Of a stretch of DNA of 64,000 bases, positions 1-7,588 are shown in pieces (within the stretch, counting starts at the first letter, position 1; every line of letters begins with the position of its first letter). Origin of the DNA: Chitinophagaceae bacterium (GTDB taxonomy: Bacteria; Bacteroidota; Bacteroidia; Chitinophagales; Chitinophagaceae); NCBI GenBank assembly GCA_016713965.1, contig JADJOC010000005.1:637-64636 (forward strand), written 5' to 3'. The notes under the pieces are model-generated. The model made no database searches. It saw only the letters and a list, made by a program, of their open reading frames with translations, and was not told the origin of the DNA. The position numbers and the translations under genes are program-made.

Positions 1-393
1 TCCCCATTGGTGGTTTTTAAGTCTATGTAATCTTATTTGTCATCTTTTTATTTAAATTGATACCGTGCCATAACCTACGATTCTGGATACTTATATTCCC
101 TGTTAGTTGGCCATTTGGAATATCGTAAATATCGTAGCATCCCGTAACGTAATTGTAGAATTTACCTTAATTCTTAATTTTTTAAATAAGGAGGCAGCCA
201 AACAACTAACCACCTCTAAGTATTAACAACTGAAAAACAACTTATTTTAAAATACTTTTACCTAATGATTGTAATGCTGATTAATCAAAATTTCAACCGT
301 TTCACAAATTTGGAGAAAAATTATCCAAAACAAAAGAACCTTCCACCCTTTGCTACTCTGACATCCTTTAATTGAATACTCCTGTAACCTTTT

Positions 394-558
394 CTAATTC
401 GTTGTGTAGTTAATGTTGTTGTTCATTGGATTGACTTTTAAGTATTCTTCAAACACATCATCATTTGAAATAATGTTTATTATCATCTTCATTTTCACAT
501 CTAATAAAAAAAACTTGCCTTCTATATCACTAACAAAAAATGAAAAATCCGGTTTCAT
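394..558 (-). CDS. hypothetical small protein (54 aa)
   Basis: ATG-started ORF MKPDFSFF... It is the only sizeable intact ORF in the first 2 kb. Its frame stays open across in-frame TAG codons on both sides (see findings). Confidence 0.3.
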   Translation of the reverse strand: MKPDFSFFVSDIEGKFFLLDVKMKMIINIISNDDVFEEYLKVNPMNNNINYTTN

Positions 559-1974
559 GAAACAATGTGTAAAAATCAATAGCTACCTCTTTGGCGTGTT
601 CATCTACTTTGCTGATTTTATTTCACCAAACCTCCCATTCAACGCATTCGAACCACTATACAAACTATTATTGGATAATACTTTTAGTTTAGTTTCATCA
701 TAGATTGTATTTAATTTTTTGAAATTCAATATATTTTCATCATCCATTAAAAAATTGAGCCATTATTTTCTCTTGAATAAGTTAATCTTTATGTAATACA
801 TCTTTTGTATAAATTTTGTTAAATGTTTCATCTGTTACTCCTTCCAAAGATGTCTCTAAACGAACACCTCTTGCATATCCTACCAAACCCATATAATAAC
901 TTTCTTTTACTTTGCATGATATGTATACCTTTAACCACTATACTTTCTTTACCTATTTTTAAAAAGTCTCTGTATATATGGGAGAATAATCGTGGAAGTT
1001 AATTTCTTCTTTAGTCATCATCAACTATTTTGTATTTTTTCTTGGATTTTACCTCCACAGTATCACTCGTAAACATTTACTTAAATTAATTTGATAATTA
1101 AATATTGTTTTTCTGTCATTCCAACACTTGTATATAGATGAAGAAATTTATATTCTCTCTTTCTTCTTCCTTTAGTTTAAACCATCCAGGATTGTTTCTA
1201 ATTACATCAACGGATAATTATTCTCATTTTGTTTATGAAGATAACCCATTGAGTTAGTACCAGTTCTATAAATTCATCTCCAGCTTTAAACGAAAAATAT
1301 ATCTTTTTGTAGTAGCTGTAAGTCCTTGGTTTCATGGTTGTTAATTATAGTTTCTGCAAAAAAATAAATTGATCCAATAGAAAATAACATGCAAAAATCC
1401 AAGCAGATAAAGTAAATATTTTATTAAATGGCATTATCCACAATATATATTTAAAAGAAAAACCCAAGGCAAAAAAACAAACTTGTATTTTTATACAGCC
1501 CCCCCATATTTTGTTTAACTTACTTTCTCAATACAGTTTCTTCTTCATCAAGTAACCCTAATCCAATCCCCAATCATTTCTATATAGGGTACTTTCTTAA
1601 CCTTTACTTTCATTAGTATTTTTTATTTAAGTAATTATAATGTCGTACTGGAACAACATCATTTCTTTACCATACACAACAAAAAACCCAATTGAGGTTA
1701 TCGCACCACCAAGTTTTTTTTGTTTTTCGTTTAATGGGCCAAATCACATGGTGTGCAGCATATATCATTATTTTCATTTTAAAAGTTGGTTTATATGTTT
1801 TTAGTACAGCTTTTTTCTACCAATTTTAACAATGGTATTCCTGTTTCTTTTCGTTCCCGTAGAATTTTATATGGATTGATAAACCAATGGTGTTTCCCAA
1901 CAAACTGTTTTTCTTCATGGTGTAAAGATTAACACTTATTTCTACACGTTTCCAAATTATTTCTCAAATATTTT

Positions 1975-2011
1975 TAAATAAAAAGCCCCGCCAAGTAGAA
2001 ACTTGCAGGGG
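1975..2011 (-). terminator. intrinsic terminator-like hairpin
   Basis: Minus strand reads CCCCTGC-loop-GCGGGG followed by CTTTTTATTT, about 50 nt 3' of the tRNA-like element. Confidence 0.45.
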
Positions 2012-2062
2012 ATGTAATTATTATTTTAACCTAAAACTAACAAAACAATATAAGATTATTTG

Positions 2063-2133
2063 CAAAGGTTAAAGAAATCGAACCTCTTCCATGCAAGGTT
2101 TTGGAGACCTGCTGCTTCCTTAAACCAACCCCT
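2063..2133 (-). ncRNA. tRNA-like element, non-canonical (anticodon loop CUCCAAA would read CCA/Trp)
   Basis: Minus strand has a 7-bp acceptor AGGGGTT/AACCTTT (2 G.U), a T-arm AGAGG-TTCGATT-TCTTT and an anticodon stem AGGT/ACCT. The D-arm is about 4 nt too short, the variable region is 7 nt, and G53 pairs with U61. Confidence 0.25.
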
Positions 2134-2340
2134 ATATCACGGGACAAATTCTTAACTACTCTTAGATTTGGCAATACATAAAAAAAGATTAACCTTAAAA
2201 GATGTTTTACTGTACCTTTTACACAAAATGTTGTGTATTCACAATTGCATAGGAGTGAGTGTAAATAAAAAACCACATTAATCAGCCACACGCTTACTTC
2301 CCATATTATATAGCTTTTACAAAAAAAGCCATTTAAACAT

Positions 2341-2830
2341 TCTTTCACGCTTCCCCCGTGTTTATGCGAGGCCTACGTTGTTGGGGTTTCGTTTTTTTAG
2401 AAAAGGGGGTGGGTCGCTTTTTTTGTTTGTATTAGCCTGTTAGTCAATTAGTTGCGCTGCTTATGGGTGATGGGATAAGGGCATGAGTAGTTAGTTATGT
2501 TGATGTGCTGGGGCTGGGTATTGGCATTGGTTGGGGTATCATACTACTACTTAATAGCGGTGTGGGGTAATAGGGTTTGATTTAAGGCAGGGTAATGGTG
2601 GGTGTAGTAGGGTAGGCAGGGGGAGTGAATTATCGGGGCGTGGTGTGGCTGCAATTGCGTTGTTGGTCATTAGGTTGGGTAATGGGCATGGTGATAGCCT
2701 GTGGTATAGCGTGAACTGGTAAACATTAATTGATAGTTGGGGCAACTGTGTGGAATTTCCAGACTGTTCGGGGTCTTGGATTGGTATCTCCTAATCTAGG
2801 GGATATTGGGTGATTCTATGTTGATGGGAA
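2341..2830 (+). other. G/T-rich, C-poor non-coding tract with G-quadruplex-type runs
   Basis: Many GGG/GGGG runs on the + strand, e.g. GGGtaatggtGGGtgtagtaGGGtaggcaGGGGG at 2590-2623. GGGTAAT recurs 3 times. The only ORF is a Pro-rich antisense artefact. Confidence 0.6.
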
Positions 2831-2848
2831 TTTTACGATCGAGAAAAT

Positions 2849-2894
2849 AGGGTATTTCTACTCTTGTTTGTAGCTACATTTCGCCTTATCTTTG
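2849..2894 (+). promoter_or_regulatory. phage promoter family copy P1 (hairpin box + CTTG-N20-TATCTTTG)
   Basis: AGGGTA-tttc-TACTCTTG (2849-2866), a 20-nt spacer, then TATCTTTG (2887-2894), 33 nt upstream of the ATG at 2927. Confidence 0.55.
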
Positions 2895-2926
2895 CTCTAT
2901 CATTAACAACTAAACAACAACGCAAA

Positions 2927-3166
2927 ATGAAAACAGTACTAATTATTATCGCTCTATTGGTTAGCTTACAATCTATCGCATGTGGGGATCATGGGAAAAA
3001 AGGGAAAAAAAATAAACACTCTAAATTGCCTCCTCTAGAATTAAGATGTACGGAATGTAATAAATGGAGCGTAAAAGATGAAGAATATTGCTGGACGCAT
3101 AGCCCGTATAAATTAGAATTAAAAGAATTGAGAGAGAAAGCAGCAAAATTACGCATCAAAAAATAG
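2927..3166 (+). CDS. putative lipoprotein (79 aa)
   Basis: MKTVLIIIALLVSLQSIAC: signal peptide with a lipobox-like Cys. The ATG at 2927 is preferred over the upstream TTG of the ORF track. Confidence 0.6.
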   Translation: MKTVLIIIALLVSLQSIACGDHGKKGKKNKHSKLPPLELRCTECNKWSVKDEEYCWTHSPYKLELKELREKAAKLRIKK

Positions 3167-3210
3167 AGTAGTTTTGCTCTATTAAGTTCAGAACTTTTGC
3201 ACTACCTTTG
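3163..3210 (+). promoter_or_regulatory. phage promoter family copy P2 (variant hairpin + TACCTTTG)
   Basis: ATAGAG-tagttttg-CTCTAT hairpin, then the 20-nt spacer TAAGTTCAGAACTTTTGCAC, then TACCTTTG (3203-3210). Confidence 0.5.
3184..3196 (+). promoter_or_regulatory. 13-bp palindromic operator-like site AAGTTCaGAACTT inside the promoter spacer
   Basis: Perfect 6-bp half sites. Identical copy at 5372-5384 and near-identical copy at 5100-5112. Confidence 0.45.
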
Positions 3211-3234
3211 ATTTATCAATTTAAAATAACAAAC

Positions 3235-3456
3235 ATGAAAAATAAAATAACTCTTTTGGAAATTGAAGCCAACGCTGCTAATAGCCTATTAACAGAAGAA
3301 GAATATAGTTTAGCCCTTTGGATTTTCTTATTGAATAAAGAAAATAAGAAAAATGTTTTAAGCCTTGCCAAAAACCTAAACATATACCCAAAACCTGCAA
3401 ATGTTCATTATTCAATAATGAAAGAATTAACGATCCACATTAGTAATAACAATTAA
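3235..3456 (+). CDS. hypothetical phage protein (73 aa)
   Basis: ATG after an A/C-rich leader, in the co-oriented early block. Confidence 0.55.
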   Translation: MKNKITLLEIEANAANSLLTEEEYSLALWIFLLNKENKKNVLSLAKNLNIYPKPANVHYSIMKELTIHISNNN

Positions 3457-3482
3457 ACAACAACAATTAAACAACAACAATT

Positions 3483-3632
3483 ATGAAAACAACATTATTA
3501 GCATTTCAAGAATTTAGACAACAATTTTTAGACAAACTTAAAATTGTAAGCCCTAGCCAACCGAATAAATGGTATGAATTTCAAGCCGAATACGCTTATG
3601 AAGTTTATTTGAAAAGAGAAAACAGGATATAA
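3483..3632 (+). CDS. hypothetical small protein (49 aa)
   Basis: Hand-translated MKTTLLAFQEFRQQF...RENRI. It fills the gap between track ORFs and has the same aacaacaa leader style. Confidence 0.45.
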   Translation: MKTTLLAFQEFRQQFLDKLKIVSPSQPNKWYEFQAEYAYEVYLKRENRI

Positions 3633-3672
3633 TTATAACAATAACAATTAAAACGTTTAAATCGTAACAACA

Positions 3673-3801
3673 ATGAAACTATTAAATTTAAAAACAGATT
3701 TACCATACTTAGCTAGGAAAAGCAAAGATGTAAATGAATTTTTAGAACATTGGAACATTACCCGTGAAAAATTAAATATCTTAAAAAATAATACATTTTA
3801 A
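3673..3801 (+). CDS. hypothetical small protein (42 aa)
   Basis: Hand-translated MKLLNLKTDLPYLARKSKDV...; tight packing. Confidence 0.4.
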   Translation: MKLLNLKTDLPYLARKSKDVNEFLEHWNITREKLNILKNNTF

Positions 3802-3821
3802 AAATAAAAAACATATATAAA

Positions 3822-4241
3822 ATGAAAACAACAAAAGACTACACAATACGCCTTATTTGCGGAATGATTTTATTTGCAGCACTATTTAGCTGTAAGGGTA
3901 ATGGAACTACGGATACCCCATTATCTGAGATAACTGGCGAAGATAATTTTCACACTAAAATTATAGACGGTTGTGAATATATATATAAATATTGTGGCTA
4001 TCAGCGTGGTTATGTATTTACACACAAAGGAAATTGCAAAAACCATGACAATAAATACACACTTATACAATCAGATTCACCACACTTACCTAATTATCAC
4101 CCTGAAATAGATTTAATCAGCAATGATACAATCTATGTTAATTGGTATAGTAATGATAAAGCGCCGTTTTATGATGGTGAAGGAAATGTAATACCTGACA
4201 AAATAGTTAGGCTATTCGTACAATCAATCACAATTCGTTAA
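3822..4241 (+). CDS. putative lipoprotein (139 aa)
   Basis: N-terminus ...MILFAALFSCKGNG has a signal peptide and lipobox Cys. Confidence 0.6.
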   Translation: MKTTKDYTIRLICGMILFAALFSCKGNGTTDTPLSEITGEDNFHTKIIDGCEYIYKYCGYQRGYVFTHKGNCKNHDNKYTLIQSDSPHLPNYHPEIDLISNDTIYVNWYSNDKAPFYDGEGNVIPDKIVRLFVQSITIR

Positions 4242-4300
4242 AATGACTAAGCCTGATACTGATTCTGTTAATAAATACTTTTACTTTAATAAATAATAAT

Positions 4301-4516
4301 ATGAAAAATTGTGTAGATAATAGATTAATTAAATATATGGAAGACAAACACAAACAAGACCTAGAAAACAATAAAAAAACAGATGTTATAATTGTTGATT
4401 TTGAATGTGAAGAAAATGGATACTATAAATACAGATTTTTACTCACAAAAAAGATTGATTCAGGTGATAAAATGAGTGAGATTTATGATGCAATATTAAA
4501 AATAGTCAATTCGTAA
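4301..4516 (+). CDS. hypothetical phage protein (71 aa)
   Basis: Intact ORF in the early block. Confidence 0.55.
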   Translation: MKNCVDNRLIKYMEDKHKQDLENNKKTDVIIVDFECEENGYYKYRFLLTKKIDSGDKMSEIYDAILKIVNS

Positions 4517-4519
4517 ATC

Positions 4520-4564
4520 GAGTAGAAATACTCTTGTTTAAATAAAAAGCAGATATTATTTTTG
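4520..4564 (+). promoter_or_regulatory. phage promoter family copy P3
   Basis: GAGTA-gaaa-TACTCTTG (4520-4536), a 20-nt spacer, then TATTTTTG (4557-4564). There is no ATG for the next 230 nt. Confidence 0.5.
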
Positions 4565-4570
4565 CTTAAT

Positions 4571-4773
4571 CAAAATATTCTTTTTAGAAACACATAGGAA
4601 TTAAGGTCAAAATATTTTCTTGTTGCCGAAAACTGGTAATTTTTAACAACAATCGAGAAAATAGTAGGAAGCCATCCACGTTAAAAAGCGTAGGTTTCAC
4701 ATTATTCTATCGGTTGTGGGTATACCAGTACCTCGGCATCTGTAGGATTTGTGGCCTGCGCTTTTTAATTTTT
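4571..4773 (+). ncRNA. candidate small non-coding RNA (about 200 nt) between P3 and a terminator-like stem
   Basis: No ATG anywhere in the interval. A 12-bp stem AAAAAGCGTAGG (4683-4694) / CCTGCGCTTTTT (4755-4766) is followed by AATTTTT. Confidence 0.35.
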
Positions 4774-4794
4774 AAACCCTAATCCCATACTAAA

Positions 4795-4980
4795 ATGAAA
4801 TTATTACAAGAATTAAGAGAAGGCAAATCAGTCCCAAATTTAGATCAGTACATTTCTAATAATGTATTAAAGCAATTCGCTAAATCCAAATTCCACATAC
4901 TTAATACTAGTCGAAGAGAACGTGTATTAGTATGGCAGGATTTGTATATAGATTACATTAACAAAAGAAATTCAAACTAA
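4795..4980 (+). CDS. hypothetical phage protein (61 aa)
   Basis: Intact ORF. Confidence 0.5.
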   Translation: MKLLQELREGKSVPNLDQYISNNVLKQFAKSKFHILNTSRRERVLVWQDLYIDYINKRNSN

Positions 4981-4994
4981 TAAACCTTATTGTT

Positions 4995-5102
4995 ATGAAT
5001 TACTTTAATAAACTTAAAAATAAACTGGCATTTTCAACAATACAACTCACTTGTATTCTTATTATTATTTTAGCAATATTTATTTTTGTTTTAATTTTTT
5101 AG
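4995..5102 (+). CDS. hypothetical small membrane protein (35 aa)
   Basis: Hand-translated MNYFNKLKNKLAFSTIQLTCILIIILAIFIFVLIF, with one hydrophobic helix. Confidence 0.3.
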   Translation: MNYFNKLKNKLAFSTIQLTCILIIILAIFIFVLIF

Positions 5103-5126
5103 TTCAGAACTTTTGCGCTATATTTA
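5095..5126 (+). promoter_or_regulatory. promoter variant with the AGTTCAGAACT operator and TATATTTA box
   Basis: Same spacer sequence as P2/P4 (tAGTTCAGAACTTTTGCGC), then TATATTTA (5119-5126). The ATG at 5131 implies a very short leader. Confidence 0.4.
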
Positions 5127-5130
5127 CAAT

Positions 5131-5334
5131 ATGAAAAAGAAAAAACAACTTTATGCTGGTACTTATATCTCAGTAAGGGAATTTGTCAATTCAGGTAAAT
5201 TACTTAATAATAATCAACAACCAGTAACTGAAACTTATGTTTACAGGCTTATACGTAACTTCCAAGAAGGTAAAAGAGATAACCTGCCTTTTGAATATAT
5301 AAGACTAGGGCAAATAATTAGGATTAAACAGTAA
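5131..5334 (+). CDS. excisionase/AlpA-type HTH DNA-binding protein (67 aa)
   Basis: YISVREFV...VTETYVYRLIRNFQEG...LPFEYIRLGQIIRI resembles the HTH_17/Xis family pattern. Confidence 0.45.
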   Translation: MKKKKQLYAGTYISVREFVNSGKLLNNNQQPVTETYVYRLIRNFQEGKRDNLPFEYIRLGQIIRIKQ

Positions 5335-5352
5335 TATTACTATTAATAAAAT

Positions 5353-5398
5353 AGGGTAAACATACTCTTGTAAGTTCAGAACTTTTGCACTACCTTTG
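5353..5398 (+). promoter_or_regulatory. phage promoter family copy P4
   Basis: AGGGTA-aaca-TACTCTTG (5353-5370), the spacer TAAGTTCAGAACTTTTGCAC, then TACCTTTG (5391-5398). Confidence 0.55.
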
Positions 5399-5453
5399 AT
5401 TTATCAAACTGAAATAATAACAACAATTTTTAAACAACTAAAAATAACAAACA

Positions 5454-5684
5454 ATGAAAACTTACGAAGGAACAATGACAATAAAATGGTATAAAAATCA
5501 TAGTGGAGATTGCAGACCATTAACAATTGATTGCAAAGACAAAATAGAATTAAATAAAGAGTTAAAAAGAATTACAGAAGCATACAAAACTCTTGGCGAT
5601 TCTCCCGAATATCATCTTGCTAAATCTTGCAACATTGGTACTCCTGCATTTAGTGTGAATTTTGATTTATCTCAAAGAAAATAA
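5454..5684 (+). CDS. hypothetical phage protein (76 aa)
   Basis: Intact ORF. Its leader ttttaaacaactaaaaa(t/a)aacaaacaATG is shared with the next gene. Confidence 0.55.
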   Translation: MKTYEGTMTIKWYKNHSGDCRPLTIDCKDKIELNKELKRITEAYKTLGDSPEYHLAKSCNIGTPAFSVNFDLSQRK

Positions 5685-5741
5685 CACCAATTTATTAAAT
5701 AAAAACAACAATAATTTTAAACAACTAAAAAACAACAAACA

Positions 5742-6032
5742 ATGAAAAAAGTAATCTTAACAATCGCAGTAGCTTTATTCTCAATCGTAGGAGTAAACGC
5801 TCAAAAAGTAACAACTGATGCTAATGGTAATTATGTAGCAGTTAAAAGTGAAAGAGTAAAAGCAGAGGCAAAAGAAACTGGCAAAACTTATACAGATGCA
5901 AAAGGTGTAGTGTATAATGTAATGCAATCAGCAAATGGTAAACTATTTGTTATCAAAACCAGCAAAAATACTGGTAATGAATATAAAATGTACTTAAAAA
6001 CAGAGGAAGAACAAACAACGGCTAAAAACTAG
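5742..6032 (+). CDS. secreted protein with signal peptide (96 aa)
   Basis: MKKVILTIAVALFSIVGVNAQ is a signal peptide with a typical AQ cleavage context. Confidence 0.6.
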   Translation: MKKVILTIAVALFSIVGVNAQKVTTDANGNYVAVKSERVKAEAKETGKTYTDAKGVVYNVMQSANGKLFVIKTSKNTGNEYKMYLKTEEEQTTAKN

Positions 6033-6105
6033 TTTTCATAGAGCAATCCCCTCTTAAATGTTTCTACATTATGGGGGCTTATTTTAAATCATTAATCAAA
6101 TTATT

Positions 6106-6282
6106 ATGGAAAATAAAATAACAAAAATAACTTTAGAGGATTATAAAACATTTCAATCTTTACATATTTGTGGAGATGCCGAAACAATATCAAAAATATT
6201 GCAATATATAAGCGTGTTAAACAATATTAATAATACGCAAATAATTATGCCTAACATTAATGCTGCCATAACCAAAAATTAA
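6106..6282 (+). CDS. hypothetical small protein (58 aa)
   Basis: Hand-translated MENKITKITLEDYKTF...; fills a gap in the block. Confidence 0.45.
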   Translation: MENKITKITLEDYKTFQSLHICGDAETISKILQYISVLNNINNTQIIMPNINAAITKN

Positions 6283-6287
6283 TAATC

Positions 6288-6527
6288 ATGGATACCCTAC
6301 AAAAAGCAATTAAAGAACTTAAAAAAGTAAAAAAAGAAAAACAATTAGGGGTATTTAATTACTTGGACACCGAATTTACTTTAAAATTTATAGCCCAACA
6401 GGCTTTGGATATTGATGCAAATGGGAATAGCTATGGCACTAAAACACAAAAAATAGCTTACCATAGTGCTATTAATCAATTTGGAGAACCTTTAGTTAAT
6501 GCAGCTATTGAACTTTACAACTCTTAA
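6288..6527 (+). CDS. hypothetical phage protein (79 aa)
   Basis: Intact ORF. Confidence 0.55.
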   Translation: MDTLQKAIKELKKVKKEKQLGVFNYLDTEFTLKFIAQQALDIDANGNSYGTKTQKIAYHSAINQFGEPLVNAAIELYNS

Positions 6528-6539
6528 AATTATAATAAA

Positions 6540-6761
6540 ATGCAAGATCCAAGAGACAAAAGGATATATATAGATGACAATGGTAATGAATGGCTTACAA
6601 ATGAAAATGGTGAGTTATTAAAAGACGAAAATGGGAATAATATACCACCATCTAAAACAAATAAAACATATTCCTCATCTGGTTGGACTTTTTATGATTC
6701 TAGTAAAGGTCATTGTCCTTTATGCGGCAATATATCTTGCAGAGGTACTTGTTTTAAATAA
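6540..6761 (+). CDS. hypothetical protein with C-terminal Cys cluster (73 aa)
   Basis: C-terminus is HCPLCGNISCRGTC. Confidence 0.55.
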   Translation: MQDPRDKRIYIDDNGNEWLTNENGELLKDENGNNIPPSKTNKTYSSSGWTFYDSSKGHCPLCGNISCRGTCFK

Positions 6762-6770
6762 TATTAATTT

Positions 6771-6965
6771 ATGGAAACTTTAATAATAAAAGCAATATAT
6801 AAAGGGGATCATTCCATGTTTGAAAAAGGCAAAGAATATTCTATTATAGTAACTAAAATAGAAAAAGGCTGGCAATTGATAACAATTGATAATGATAAAA
6901 AAACACATTACTACCATTCACTTAAAGAATTTATAGGAGAATGGGGGAATATTTCAAACCTTTAA
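6771..6965 (+). CDS. hypothetical phage protein (64 aa)
   Basis: Intact ORF. Confidence 0.5.
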   Translation: METLIIKAIYKGDHSMFEKGKEYSIIVTKIEKGWQLITIDNDKKTHYYHSLKEFIGEWGNISNL

Positions 6966-6971
6966 CGGCTG

Positions 6972-7045
6972 AGGGTTGGCGATAGTGCCGCTAACCGAAA
7001 ACTCAATATTTAGCACCAAACTTGAAGCGGCATTTTGCCAACCCT
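6972..7045 (+). repeat. intercistronic long hairpin E1
   Basis: AGGGTTGGC-gatag-TGCCGCT pairs with AGCGGCA-tttt-GCCAACCCT across a 33-nt loop. Confidence 0.6.
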
Positions 7046-7099
7046 ATATTAGCTTTAGGTTTTAAAAATTTTAGGGAGGGCTTTCATTGAACAATTAAA

Positions 7100-7546
7100 A
7101 TGAGTGTAATAAACAATTTAAAAGGACATATAGTAAAAGACGGAAAAGTAGTTTACTCAGAGCAAATAGAGAACGGTTTACATTTTGCTGTTATATTGAT
7201 GTATGAACCATTTTATGATGGAAAGAATAGTACCAATCATCAAAACTCATCTCAATTAATATGCGAGGCAACAATGACAACTGGCAACAAGCATACTTGG
7301 GGAAACGGAGTAATGAGTTTAGATGAAGCAAGTTGGATTGAGAAAATAGAGGTAACAGAAAAATGGAAGCCATTAAGGGAAGAACTTGAAACCAAAGACG
7401 GATTTAGAGTATGGCAAAAAGATTACCAATACAATGAATACGAAGAAGAAAAAGACGGCAAAAAAGTGAAAATAAAAACGAGAAGGGTTAGTTGGTTAGT
7501 TGAAGTTCCGAAACTTGATTTGCTCCGATATTGTAAAATTGATTAA
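7100..7546 (+). CDS. hypothetical phage protein (148 aa)
   Basis: Intact ORF. Confidence 0.6.
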   Translation: MSVINNLKGHIVKDGKVVYSEQIENGLHFAVILMYEPFYDGKNSTNHQNSSQLICEATMTTGNKHTWGNGVMSLDEASWIEKIEVTEKWKPLREELETKDGFRVWQKDYQYNEYEEEKDGKKVKIKTRRVSWLVEVPKLDLLRYCKID

Positions 7547-7588
7547 TTGTGTGTCGGAAAAATTTTTAAAACTTGAAGCTAACATATT

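Noticed and set aside
640-660. GGTTCGAAT (a T-loop-like 9-mer) on the minus strand.
   Set aside because: The flanking bases cannot form a T-stem (G53 opposite G61), and it lies inside a reading frame (SGSNA).
2551-2745. 64-aa Pro-rich minus-strand ORF.
   Set aside because: It is the complement of the G-rich tract (CCC codons). It is a low-complexity composition artefact, not a gene.
1975-2860. Prophage/host junction at the tRNA-like element (integration into a tRNA gene).
   Set aside because: The tRNA-like sequence is not a canonical host-quality tRNA. The integrase is 9 kb away, and both flanks have the same AT-rich phage-like composition and small-ORF style.
4688-4761. 74-nt segment closed by a 7-bp stem (GCGTAGG/CCTGCGC), the length of a tRNA.
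   Set aside because: It has no T-loop (TTCRANY), no D-loop GG and no anticodon arm at the right position. It is better explained as the terminator-like stem of the candidate sRNA.
5685-6105. CCCC...GGGG stem after the 5742-6032 gene as a terminator.
   Set aside because: It has only a 4-5 bp stem with a 21-nt loop, which is too weak to call.
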